DNA of 64,000 nucleotides from Ptychodera flava (Eukaryota): NCBI RefSeq assembly GCF_041260155.1, contig NW_027248355.1, positions 2,516,078 to 2,580,077 of the forward strand, read 5' to 3'. Shown piece by piece: positions 1 to 10,471 of this stretch (position 1 is its first letter; each line of letters starts with the position of its first letter). The notes under the pieces were generated by a model. It saw only the letters and a program-made list of their open reading frames with translations, ran no database searches and was not told where the DNA came from. The position numbers and the translations under genes were made by a program.

Positions 1-321
1 ACACTGAATAAATGAAACTGCCATATAAGTGTGTGTGCGTGCCTGTGTGAATAAGCTATAATGGAACACATGACTTGCCTATACCTACTTGCATCCTGCA
101 TTAGTTTAGTATGATTTTTAAAGAAAATCAAGCTCCTTTTCTGCAGTAACTACTATAAAAACTTTTTTTCGAAATTTTGAAATTGAAATGAGACAAATCG
201 CTAAGAGGAATTTTACCATCAGTGAAAATCAACCGGAAGGATAGCCTGTCTAAGGATGCTTCCTGTTCTGTCCATTACAATTTCCACAAAATATTATCTT
301 TAGTAAACACCTGATCATGAG

Positions 322-649
322 AGCTATATGGCTCGTTTATTACCCCAATGGGTCATGTGTTACCAGAAACACATCGCTATTCCCTGAGGCCGTAGGCAGA
401 GGGGTATAGCGATATGTTTCTGGTAACACACGGCCAGGAGGGGTAATAAATGGGGACTATAGCCCGAATAAAGACCAGGTTATAGGTGTTTTATAACACA
501 CCACACGCTCATGTTGTAGCTTTTCAAAAACACCCTCTGAGGTCACTTTTGTCGATTCAGTGGGCACTAGACTTATCTATTTTTCTCGTCATGACGTATT
601 CTAGCAAATCGGACACAGAATTAGCATGTGGCATGTTGTATTGTTTCTT
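322..649. repeat. 328-bp insertion with a ~50-bp-arm internal palindrome (330–470); present in the upstream flank of TRIM copy 1 and absent from the paralogous flank at ~16560. It is flanked by an ATGAG duplication at 317–321 and 650–654.
   Basis: The flanks 150–321 and 650–700 align with 16440–16600 across the junction catgag|tcatggc. The internal arms ctcgtttattaccccaatgggtcatgtgttaccagaaacacatcgctattccc and gggtatagcgatatgtttctggtaacaca...ggggtaataaatgggg are reverse complements. Confidence 0.5.
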
Positions 650-1443
650 ATGAGTCATGGCGTATTGTTGCTCAGTCACTACAAAGATGCCTACCTGTAT
701 AGCCACCAGACATAACAGTCATGTTTACCCATAGAATCTATCATGATAACATTTTTAGCAAGATTCACATTGCGGGAAAGCTCCATTAACTTAGGAATAC
801 CCAACTTCCCTAGAGGATCAATTTCACAGACCTGCCTTTCCTACAATGGCACTACAATGGCACCAGCTGGATTAGATAAACATAACAATGGAAAATTCAC
901 ACCTTGGGGGATTAAAAGTCTTCTGTTTGTCACCTGAGTTGGTCAGGCAAGGACTCGGGTTTCAGGTACCATGCAAGTTAATGCAACCTAATGAATAGAA
1001 ATAGTATCAAAGCGCAAGGCACTTTGAAATTCTAAAATCGCTGGAGAGTCAATCTTGTTTACAGCATACTGCTTGTAAGGTTCTGTATAAAAATTCAGCT
1101 TAGGGTTCTATACAACAGCTGTAATGCTATCATTTAAGAGCCCTAGGAAATCCATACACTATCAGGTCCTTGACAGTATTGACAATATTCTTAACAAAAT
1201 GACCTTTGTCCTCAGTCACATGACAGTATTCAATAGAATGGATCATCTGATCAGAAAGTAGGTCATCAAGGGCTCTATAAGTAAGTGAATATTTTTAATA
1301 TAGAATTTGCATAGTTTCAGAACTTTAACCAATCATAAGACACATGACAACATTTACCGTGTCTGCAATATCATGCTGAGGTGCCTGATCTGCTATCAGC
1401 TCTGTATCTGCCTCATGTTGGTTCGCTGACACACCTGTGCACA

Positions 1444-3369
1444 ATGGCTGCTGCTCCTGAACGTAAAGCTTTAGAAGAAATCAGTGAAGATTTCCTGTGT
1501 TGTACCATCTGTCTGGAGCAGTTCAAGTCTCCTAAAATTCTACCATGTCTGCATACATTCTGTGAGCAGTGTTTAGTCAAACTGGTTGAGAATACTGGAT
1601 CTCTAAACTGTCCAGACTGTCGACAGCAATATCAGCTTCCTGTTGGAGGAGTGCCAGCAATAAAAGGCAACTTCTTTATGAGCAATCTGATTGAGATATT
1701 CAAGCAACGACTGGAGTCTATGCAGGGAACTGAGATCAGGTGTGCAGGTTGCAAAGAGAACACAGCCACTCATATGTGTATAGAATGCAGACATTATATT
1801 TGTAACAGCTGTGTCAAGGCTCATAGAAATCTGCCAATCACACAGACACATCAACTCATGACCATTGGAGAATATGAAACAGCAAAGTCAACCAATCCAG
1901 TAACACTACAAGCAGTGGAATATTGCCGTCTCCATAGAAAGAATGAAATTGAATTCTATTGTGAAACCTGTCAGGTACCTGTATGTTCAAACTGCACCAT
2001 AGTCGATCACCGCATCCCAGAACATGTACACAGAAACTTGAAAGATGCAGCAGATGAGTATCTCTCTGAACTGAAAACCATGGTTGACAAACTGAAAGTG
2101 AAAGAACAGGAAGCTGAAAAAAACAAAACCCTAGCCAAGCAGGTACAAAGTGATCTTACCGAGCAGTGCAGCAGAGAAGAAAGGAAGGTGAGAATGAAAG
2201 CAGAAGAAATCATCAAGAAAATAAAGAGAGAAGAGCAGAGACTGATAGATGAACTGAAAGACAATTACAAAATAAAAATTAAAAAGGCAGCTGTTGATAT
2301 TGATGAGATGGAATTAAAACATGGTAACATTAAGAGTGCATGCAGTTATATAGAGACACTGATGCATCATGGGAATGCTGCTGAACTTCTGTCAACAAAG
2401 GATGATGTTGGCACTCGTATAAAGCAACTGATTACCATGGAAACTACCGCAAATCTTGAACATGATGACTTCATATTCGCACCACATGATGAATTCTCTG
2501 AGCGTGGGATATTTGGAATACTGAAATCTGATGTGTGTATGTCAAAGTGTACAGTTGAAAACATTCCAAAACAACTATGGAGAGGTGAATCTGCAGACCT
2601 ACTGATCACAACCAGAGATTCCACTGGAAAACAAGTCATCCCAAAACAACAAGTGAAAGCCAAGGTAAGAAAACCTAATGCATCATGGGAAGACATCAAT
2701 GTATCTGATAACAGAGATGGTACACACAGAGTTACAGTGGCTGGACAATTGGATGGAAAATATCATGTTTCCATGGCAATAGGAGATCAACCAATACCAG
2801 GCTGTCCTGTCATCATACCTGTCATCAAAGGATTGGTGAAGACCATTGGGTGCCAAGGAAGTGCTGAGGGACAATACAGTAATCCCTTGAGTGTGGCCAT
2901 AAACAAGGACAGAGACACTGTCACTGCAGATACAAGCAATAATAGGTTGCAGATACATGTAAGCACCAGAGAGGGAAAATTCAAGAAAATCTTGAAATTC
3001 AAACAGTTTGAAAAGCCTTTCATACCATGTGATATAGCTATATCAAGGGATAATACCTATTATAGTTTAGAGGACAACAATAAGCAAGTAGTTGTCAGTG
3101 ATGAGAATGGACATGTCATCAGATGCTTTGGACAAAATGAGTTGAAAGATCCATGGGGTATTGGGATTAGTCCTGTAGATGGCAATGTCTATGTGACAGA
3201 TGAGGGAGAGAATTGTGTCAGGATTTATACACAACATGGCAAATATCTTAAGTCATTTGGGTCAGAAGGTATAGGTCAAGGGCAATTCAATCGTCCCTGG
3301 GGTGTAGTCATTTCAAGTACTGGTCCAGGAATGGTATTTGTAGCAGACCACTATAACCATCGTATCCAC
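1444..3369 (+). pseudogene. TRIM2/TRIM3-like E3 ligase (RING, two B-boxes, coiled coil, filamin repeat, NHL repeats), 5' 642 codons. The ORF is intact up to the insertion breakpoint at 3369/3370 and then runs into inserted sequence, reaching a stop at 3417.
   Basis: ATG at 1444. The RING motif CTICLEQFKSPKILPCLHTFCEQC...CPDCRQ closely matches the TRIM2/3 RING. B-boxes: CAGCKENTATHMCIECRHYICNSCVKAH and CRLHRKNEIEFYCETCQVPVCSNCTIVDHRIPEH. A K/E-rich coiled coil follows, then a filamin-like segment GKYHVSMAIGDQPIPGCPVIIPV, then NHL blades (YSNPLSVAI, NGHVIRCFG, PWGIGISPVDGNVYVTD, FNRPWGVVI). It is co-linear with the paralog at 18499–20702 until ...ADHYNHRIH, where the sequences diverge. Confidence 0.8.
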
Positions 3370-3717
3370 CCGTACGAAACAGATTTTTGTGGTAAACATG
3401 CTGCAAGCTCTGGGTAAACATACCACGCATACTTTTGTGTGCCACAACACTCTATCCTCCTGCGCCGATAGTCACCACTAGTGGTGCACTTGTGGTGATT
3501 AGCAATCTTTCTCTTGGTATGTCTACCACAAGACTGAAGTAAACAAAGTTGCAGATTGCTTTGTGGTATGTTTGCCATTGAAGGCTTACGTAAATACAAT
3601 GGTCACACAGCACAGACTTTACAGAATCATGTGTAAGAATTCAAGGCTGCACGGTTACAGGGCAGCCAAATGACGTGTGTGCCCAGCTGGCTTCTGTAGA
3701 TGTACCGTATATCATAT

Positions 3718-4288
3718 TGTTACGTGCAGAGAAAACGAACAAAAGGGTGAACTCAGCAGTTTACGTTTAAACAAAATTTATTACGAAAACAAAACTAATT
3801 GCTAAGTCAGGGACAGAGTACAAGCTTTAAAGTGTACAGACTACTTATCTCAGCTGGGACGGCAAAGCTCCAGTCTCAGAGTTGTAACAGTCAGTCGGAT
3901 GAATGAACAGTCCTTTGGCTTGCAGGCTTGAAGCTGCACAAAGTCCACAGTATAAATCCAGCGTTGACAGTGAAGGTCTTGAAAAGTCTTGAGAATGACT
4001 ACTGCTGGAGTTTAGTAACACACAAGAGACACGATCCCAAAAGTCTGACTGGAAGCTGAGCACGTCCCTTTTATAAAGGCATATAAGAACAATCTAGAAC
4101 TTTTATTGACATGCTAATTACTGTTCTAAAATTATCTCTCTTACACAACTAATCAACTTTCCAGAACATTCCAAACATGACTAATTGAATTCAAGGTTGT
4201 GAGGTCATTAAGGGCAGTGACCTTGAGAATGTTCTAGACTAATTGAACTCAGGTCATGATGAGTGTGGGGTAAATGACCTACATGACA
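3718..4288 (-). repeat. 3' LTR (element orientation)
   Basis: Near-identical to 9415–9985; TG..CA termini. Confidence 0.85.
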
Positions 4289-4300
4289 CACCCCCTCTTC
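4289..4300 (-). promoter_or_regulatory. Polypurine tract immediately upstream of the 3' LTR (element strand GAAGAGGGGGTG).
   Basis: The plus-strand sequence caccccctcttc abuts the LTR edge at 4288. Confidence 0.5.
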
Positions 4301-4513
4301 AAAAAAAGAAAATTTTTCAAAGAAAAATCTTTCTTTTACAAATGTAATCTTGAAAAAGATGTAAGTACTCAAAATTTTTTTACTCTAAAGTAAAATTTCT
4401 TGAAAGTGAACAACAATAAACTCTAAATACGAGAGAGACAGTCTGCAATTAAATTGTCTCTGCCTTTGATATGTCTAATATCAAGATTAAACTCCTGTAA
4501 CATTAAACCCATC

Positions 4514-4986
4514 TTAGCAATCTCTGATTTTTGCCTTTAAATTTCTGCAGAAAAACAAGAGGGTTGTGATCAATATAACCACTATTGGCTGATTTGAAGA
4601 AGTAACATAAACTTCAAAATGCTGTAAAGCTAATATCAAAGATAAACACTCTTTTTCAATTGTAGAGTAGTTTCTCTGGGATTTGTTAAATTTGCGTGAA
4701 AAATAGCAAACAGGATGATCTACCCCATGACTATCCTCTTGCAATAAAACGGCACAGCAGCCGTATCACTAGCATCCACAGCTAATTTGAATGGCAAAGT
4801 GAAATCTGGTGCAGACAACACTGGGGTACTTTGCAGTATGGCTTTAAGTGTATCAAATGCCTGTTGGCATTGCTCTGACCAAACAAACTTTACTTTCTTT
4901 TTAAGTAAGTTAGTCAAAGGCTCAGTAATTGTGGAAAAATTTGGACAGAATTTTCTGTAGTAACCAGCCATACCGAGAAAGCGCAT
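4514..4986 (-). CDS. RNase H domain of pol, split over two overlapping frames (frameshift).
   Basis: ORFs 4720–4986 and 4514–4744 read ...PFKLAVDASDTA... and ...NYSTIEKECLSLILALQHFEVYV..., the gypsy-type RNase H signature. Confidence 0.6.
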
Positions 4987-5145
4987 CAGTTGTCGTTTGC
5001 AGTTTGGTATGGGAAAACTTGAAATGGCACTGATTTTGGCATCAACAGGTTTTTACCTCACCCTGTCCTACAGTATGTCCGAGGTAAGTTACCCTACCCC
5101 AACCAAACTCAGATTTGGCAAGGTTGACAGTCAACATTGCTTTGC

Positions 5146-5768
5146 TCAGTCTCTCGAAGACTTCCGCATGAGCTTGATGTGTTCCTCCCAGGTGTCACTA
5201 TACAGGACGACGTCGTCAACGTAAGCTGCACATCCGTCTAGCCCGGATATGACGTCGTTGATCATCCGTTGGAACGTTGCCGGAGAGTTCTTCATTCCGA
5301 ATGGCATCACCTTGTACTGGAACAATCCGTCTGGTGTAACAAAGGCGGATATTTCACGAGCACGATCCGTCAAAGGGACTTGCCAAAATCCCTTCAGTAG
5401 GTCAATTTCGTCACATACTTGGCTTTTCCCACTCGGTCGATGCAGTCATCAATCCTCGGGATAGGGAAAGTGTCTGTCTTTGTTAAAGTGTTGACCTTCC
5501 TAAAGTCCGTGCACATACGATAACTGTGATCTGATTTGGGAACAAGTATGCACGGCGAACTCCAGTTACTTTTACTGGGTTCAATAAAGTCATTGTCCAG
5601 CAGGTATTTGACTTCTTCCTGGAGATATTTCGCTTTTGTTGGATTCAGTCTGTATGGATGTTGTTTTACAGGCTTACTGTCCCCAACATCAACGTCGTGA
5701 TAGATGACGTTTGTCCTCGTTGGAACATCTTGAAACAGGTGTTTATATTCATGGAGCAGTTCTTTCAC
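5146..5768 (-). CDS. Reverse transcriptase domain of pol, in two frames (frameshift near 5380).
   Basis: 5394–5768 encodes ...LDNDFIEPSKSNWSSPCILVPKSDHSYRMCTDFRKVN...FPIPRIDDCIDRVGKAKYVTKL. 5146–5373 encodes ...FQYKVMPFGMKNSPATFQRMIN...AAYVDDVVLYS with the YVDD box. Confidence 0.7.
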
Positions 5769-7055
5769 CTGTTGTTGTTGTTCTGGCTGGAGGTGTTGCC
5801 AACTTTGTAGACTCCAGCTTCTCCAGGATTTCTGAGTTCTGAAGCTTGACCGAGCCCAGCTTTGAGTTTAGAGTATTTTCACTCAAGTCAGTTTCAGTAT
5901 CACTATCTTCATAATGGTTTGAACTGACTGCACTGACAGGCTGAGTTATAGTAGGATTATCCCTATCCAAATATGGCTTAAGCATATTTATGTGACATAG
6001 CTGTTTTTGTTTTCGCCTGTCAGGTGTTATTATGATGTAATTTAAATCACTCAATTTCTTATCAATTAGATATGGCCCAAAGTAACGAGCATGGAGTGGT
6101 TTGCCAGGAATTGGAAGTAGAACAAGAACCTTTTGACCTGGTTCAAACTTCCGTTTTGAGGTGCTTTTATCATATTTGGTTTTCATTGACTGCTGAGATG
6201 ACTCAAGATTTTCTCTGGCTAATTCACATGCTTTAGAGAGTTTCGTACAAAAATCTGACACATATTGCAAAATATTCAGACAATCATCATCGTCTGATAG
6301 GAATTTCTCTTTAACGAGCTTAAGTGGGCCACGGACTGTATGTCCAAATACAAGCTCAAATGGGCTAAAACCAAGAGACTCTTGAATTGACTCTCTAACA
6401 GCAAAGAGCAGGAAATGAATTCCTTCATCCCACTGCTTCTCTGTGTCAAAACAGTAGGTCCTAATCATGTTTTTCAAAGTTTGATGAAATCGCTCAAGAG
6501 CACCCTGACTTTCTGGATGATAGGCGGATGACCTGTACTGTTTAATGCCTAGCTGATCCATTACTTGTTGAAAAATACCAGACATAAAGTTGGAGCCTTG
6601 ATCGGACTGGACACATTTAGGGAGGCCAAATAAAGTGAAAAATTTGACTAAAGCTCTCACTATAGTCTTTGTCTTTATATTTCTCAGTGGTATGGCTTCT
6701 GGGAACCGAGTTGATGTACACATTATTGTCAACATGTACTCATTTCCTGATCTTGTTTTTGGTAGGGGCCCAACACAGTCTATTAGTATCCTACTAAATG
6801 GTTCTTGAAATGCAGGAATTGGCTGTAAAGGGCCTTTGGAATGGTCTGATTTGGCTTTCCTACCATTTGACATGTGTGACAAGTTTTACAGAAATGTGCT
6901 ACATCCTGCCTGAGATTAGGCCAATAAAAGTGACTGAGAATTTTATGATAAGTTTTCCTGACTCCTAAGTGACCAGCCCAGGGAGTTTCATGGGCCAGGC
7001 GCAATATTTCAGCACGGTAGGGCTTTGGAACCACAATTGATGTTTTATAGCCCAA
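5749..7055 (-). CDS. Integrase (HHCC zinc finger plus DDE core), located upstream of RT.
   Basis: 6783–7055 encodes ...LRLAHETPWAGHLGVRKTYHKILSHFYWPNLRQDVAHFCKTCHTCQ (the HHCC finger). 5749–6882 encodes ...LIDCVGPLPKTRSGNEYMLTIMCTSTRFPEAIPL...VQSDQGSNFMS...YHPESQGALERFHQTLK (the D,D,E core). Confidence 0.75.
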
Positions 7056-7323
7056 TCGTCATCAACCAAAACATCTGGAGGTCTCCATTTACGCATGAGA
7101 ATACCAGATTTTGTATAATAGGAAACAGAGCTATCTGAAGTTTTATCTTCATCATCTACCCTGTCAAACAAAGACAAAATATCTGGGTCTTTGTGTTGTT
7201 CTGCAATGAGATTTGATCTAGAAAATGTCTGACTTTGGTCAGCAGAAGTTTTACTGGAAGTTTCAAATCCACGAGGGATAACGGAATGATCCGTGTCAAA
7301 CACCTGACTGAGAAAGGTGTCAT

Positions 7324-7542
7324 TTAAGTCAACATCTGTGACATTATTTTGAGAGTATTTTGATTCTCGGAAGTTTTCTTTGACATGGCTCGAGTAATGG
7401 CACATGAAGGAAATAAATCGGGTATCTCTTGTTCAATTGGCTCTGGATCCTGATCTAAACTAGGATTATCAGTCACAAGTGGATTAGTAATGACCTTGTC
7501 CCCAGCAAGGTCGTTTCCAAGAAGAAGGTGAATCCTCTTCAA
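7324..7542 (-). CDS. C-terminal part of the aspartic protease.
   Basis: LLLGNDLAGDKVI resembles the retropepsin hhGxD flap motif. It follows the DTGAS active site at the end of the gag ORF. Confidence 0.4.
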   Translation of the reverse strand: MKRIHLLLGNDLAGDKVITNPLVTDNPSLDQDPEPIEQEIPDLFPSCAITRAMSKKTSENQNTLKIMSQMLT

Positions 7543-7641
7543 AAGGCAAAAAAGGCCTAATACCTAAAGCCACAGGTCCAGAAACAAAGTCCGAAGACAA
7601 ATAGACATTATGGAGAGGAACAGGAATAAAGTCATTGCAAT

Positions 7642-8631
7642 CTACCCCCTTAATAACAACTTTAGAACCTGAAATGACTTTTCAGAAAACGGCAGGGTAT
7701 CTGCCAACAAAAGAGACTGGGAAGCCCCGGTATCTCTTAAACTTTTGACAGGGGTAGCGGAAGAAAAATCACTAGAAAGTGATATAAAACCATCATGAAT
7801 AAATGGTTCGAAAATACCCATAATGCTATCTTGAGAAGAATTGACCTTGACCTCATTAATTGGGGATGAGAGGGGTTTAACCTCAGAAAATGTGTTGCAC
7901 ACATTATTAGACTCTAATTGAGTTGATGAAGAAATAAAGCCGGTGGGCTTAGATCCACTTTGACCACTTTGACCTTCACGTTTTCTTTTCAATTTGAAAC
8001 AATCTGACATTAAATGGCCGTCTTTCTTACAATAATTACAAGAAAGTGTACCGAACTGTTTGTCAGAAGGAGATTGAGACTTGGGATCTGATGATGTGGA
8101 AGTGTTACTTGAATTTTGTAAACTGTTGTCATTTGATTTCCTACTCTCCTTTGAAAAATTCTTGGATGAAAAGGACGAGTTAAATTTACCTGCATTGTTT
8201 CTGTATGAAAAGGACTGGGATGGTTTGCTGAGAAATGAAGATTTGTGGGTCAATGAATAATCATCGGCCAAACGTGCAGCAACCTCTAATGTATCTGCCT
8301 TTTGTTCATTGATAAATGTCTTGATGTCACTCCGAATGCACCTTTTAAATTCCTCAATCAAAACAAGTTGTCGTAATTTGTCATAATTCTGACTGACCTT
8401 TTCCGAAGAACACCAACGATCAAACAGTTGTTCTTTTGTTCGAGCAAATTCAACATAAGTTTGATCCTTCACCCTCTCACAATCCCTAAATTTCTGACGG
8501 TAAGCTTCAGGCACCAATTCATAGCCCTTGAGAATTAATTCCTTTACAGAATCATAATTTGAAGCCTGCTCTACTGACAACTGAATGTAAATTTCTCTGG
8601 CTTTACCCACCAAAGCACTCTGCAAAAGCAT
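7642..8631 (-). CDS. gag (capsid/nucleocapsid with one CCHC zinc knuckle) running into the protease active site.
   Basis: CNYCKKDGHLMSDC is a CX2CX4HX4C knuckle. The C-terminus reads ...LRDTGASQSLLLADT. Confidence 0.7.
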   Translation of the reverse strand: MLLQSALVGKAREIYIQLSVEQASNYDSVKELILKGYELVPEAYRQKFRDCERVKDQTYVEFARTKEQLFDRWCSSEKVSQNYDKLRQLVLIEEFKRCIRSDIKTFINEQKADTLEVAARLADDYSLTHKSSFLSKPSQSFSYRNNAGKFNSSFSSKNFSKESRKSNDNSLQNSSNTSTSSDPKSQSPSDKQFGTLSCNYCKKDGHLMSDCFKLKRKREGQSGQSGSKPTGFISSSTQLESNNVCNTFSEVKPLSSPINEVKVNSSQDSIMGIFEPFIHDGFISLSSDFSSATPVKSLRDTGASQSLLLADTLPFSEKSFQVLKLLLRG

Positions 8632-8825
8632 AGACCAGGACTCCTTAGGCCAGTTCAGACTCTGAGCAATTTTCTCAAAATGAAGGAAATATTTATCGAC
8701 ATCCTTTTCTTGGAAAGGGGGAACTAACCTGAAATGCTTAGTGATGTCAAACTTGTCTGAAGGGAAGAATTTTCCTGACTGTCCAAGCTCTAAACGTTTT
8801 ATTTCTAACTGCAGTCGGTGTTCTG

Positions 8826-9312
8826 CTAATTCTCTTGCCTTTTCTTTTTCCTCTCTTTCTTTCTCCTTTGTCTTTCTTCCATTTGCAATTCTTTTTCTTT
8901 CATTTCCAATTCCCTCTCTTTCTGTCTTTCTTCCATTTCTAACTGCATTTGTATTTTTTCTTTTTCTAATGCCTGTCTCTCCTTTTCCATTTGTAATTCT
9001 TTTCTTTCATTTGTAATTCTTTTTCTTTTTCTAATGCCAATTTTTTTAGCTCGAAATCTGCCTGTATTTCTAATTCCAATTTTTGAGTTCGAAGGAAGAC
9101 TCAGGCTCATAATCTTTTAAGGCAGACTCCTCAAAATGGCCAGAATTAACTAAATGTTTTGCAATCTTGAACTGCATTTCTCGCTTGCGCATAGATCTTT
9201 TGACATCTACTTTAAGGAAATTGGCCAGTGCTATGAGGTTGTCTTTTCTGAGGGAATTAAATGTGTCCTGATCAAGGTCATCCATAAATTCGTCTGGCTT
9301 GAATTCCGCCAT
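8826..9312 (-). CDS. 5'-proximal ORFs of the element (a possible gag N-terminal extension), including a K/E-rich coiled-coil segment encoded by ~39-bp tandem DNA repeats.
   Basis: ORF 9070–9312 is followed by ORF 8826–9110 (KEKELQMEERQ-type repeats). The DNA at 8830–9060 is a tandem ttctttcatttccaattc... array. Confidence 0.35.
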
Positions 9313-9393
9313 GATTGAATTTTGCTGAGTTCACAGTATACAGTAGTTTTGAAAAGGTAGGCAAAATGTTGTCAAACGGCTCAAAATATTCGT

Positions 9394-9411
9394 ATCCCGG
9401 ACAAGCCCCCA
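9394..9411 (-). promoter_or_regulatory. Primer-binding site, 18 nt complementary to a tRNA 3' end (T-loop/T-stem/acceptor/CCA), 3 nt from the 5' LTR.
   Basis: The plus strand 9389–9411 reads TTCGTATCCCGGACAAGCCCCCA, which parses as a tRNA T-loop(7)–T-stem(5)–acceptor(7)–N–CCA. The element strand is its complement and begins TGG. Confidence 0.6.
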
Positions 9412-9414
9412 ATT

Positions 9415-9985
9415 TGTTACGTGCAGAGAAAACGAACAAAAGGGTGAACTCAGCAGTTTACGTTTAAACAAAATTTATTACGAAAACAAAACTAATTGCT
9501 AAGTCAGGGACAGAGTACAAGCTTTAAAAGTGTACAGACTACTTATCTCAGCTGGGACGGCAAAGCTCCAGTCTCAGAGTTGTAACAGTCAGTCGGATGA
9601 ATGAACAGTCCTTTGGCTTGCAGGCTTGAAGCTGCACAAAGTCCACAGTATAAATCCAGCGTTGACAGTGAAGGTCTTGAAAAGTCTTGAGAATGACTAC
9701 TGCTGGAGTTTAGTAACACACAAGAGACACGATCCCAAAAGTCTGACTGGAAGCTGAGCACGTCCCTTTTATAAAGGCATATAAGAACAATCTAGAACTT
9801 TTATTGACATGCTAATTACTGTTCTAAATTATCTCTCTTACACAACTAATCAACTTTCCAGAACATTCCAAACATGACTAATTGAATTCAAGGTTGTGAG
9901 GTCATTAAGGGCAGTGACCTTGAGAATGTTCTAGACTAATTGAACTCAGGTCATGATGAGTGTGGGGTAAATGACCTACATGACA
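9415..9985 (-). repeat. 5' LTR (element orientation)
   Basis: Near-identical to 3718–4288. Confidence 0.85.
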
Positions 9986-10352
9986 ATATGCATGAATAAA
10001 GAATATACATGTTTGCAATCTAAATTTAATAGCAAAATAGTATATTTGTTGATTTTTCAAAATGGGGATGTTAATAAAACGTGAATACATATTGTAGGAC
10101 AAATCTTAGTCAGTTTCCAAGAAATTAGGAAATTCACATACAAAAGTACCTGACTCTCCAAATGATACTTCTATACACAGTGACAAGATTTTACGAATCC
10201 AGATTACATCAACAATAGCACATATGTAAAGGTGCGGGATCGCTGGATTGCCAAAATAGCTTAATTTGAGCGATTTAGCAGCTATAGGCCCTATGGTGTG
10301 ATCGAGGCGAGAAAAGTGACGAAGTTGATATAATAAGACGGCTATTCTGTTG

Positions 10353-10471
10353 ATAGCCCTGCGTACGATGCTGTGTGTTCCGCTACAGCTAATCGCCCCG
10401 CTCACCACAATGAGTGTGGTGAGCGGGGCGATTAGCTGTAGCGGAACACACAGCATCGTATGCAGGGCTAT
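10353..10471. repeat. Near-perfect foldback palindrome (~57-bp arms, 5-nt loop), flanked by 14-bp direct repeats gctattctgttgat at 10341–10354 and 10467–10480.
   Basis: Left arm: atagccctgcgtacgatgctgtgtgttccgctacagctaatcgccccgctcaccaca. The right arm is its reverse complement with 1 mismatch. Confidence 0.8.

Larger units (their letters stand above)
3718..9985 (-). mobile_element. Ty3/gypsy-superfamily LTR retrotransposon with Gmr1-like pol order (gag–PR–INT–RT–RNaseH). It is full length with 571-bp LTRs, but pol is frameshifted.
   Basis: Direct repeats 3718–4288 and 9415–9985 differ by two 1-bp indels. In element orientation the LTRs begin TGTCA and end GTAACA. A 4-bp ATAT target duplication flanks the element. 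The ORFs are in the order gag with a CCHC knuckle, DTGA protease, HHCC+DDE integrase, YVDD reverse transcriptase, RNase H. Confidence 0.85.

Noticed and set aside
1603-3023. Antisense ORFs overlapping the TRIM CDS (1603–1854, 2007–2264, 2367–2699, 2683–2958, 2787–3023, and the equivalents in copy 2)
   Set aside because: They are shadow ORFs on the opposite strand of a strongly supported coding region.
3845-4063. Identical 72-aa ORFs inside both LTRs (3845–4063 and 9543–9761)
   Set aside because: They lie within LTR U3/R sequence, antisense to the element, with no motif. They are identical only because the LTRs are identical.
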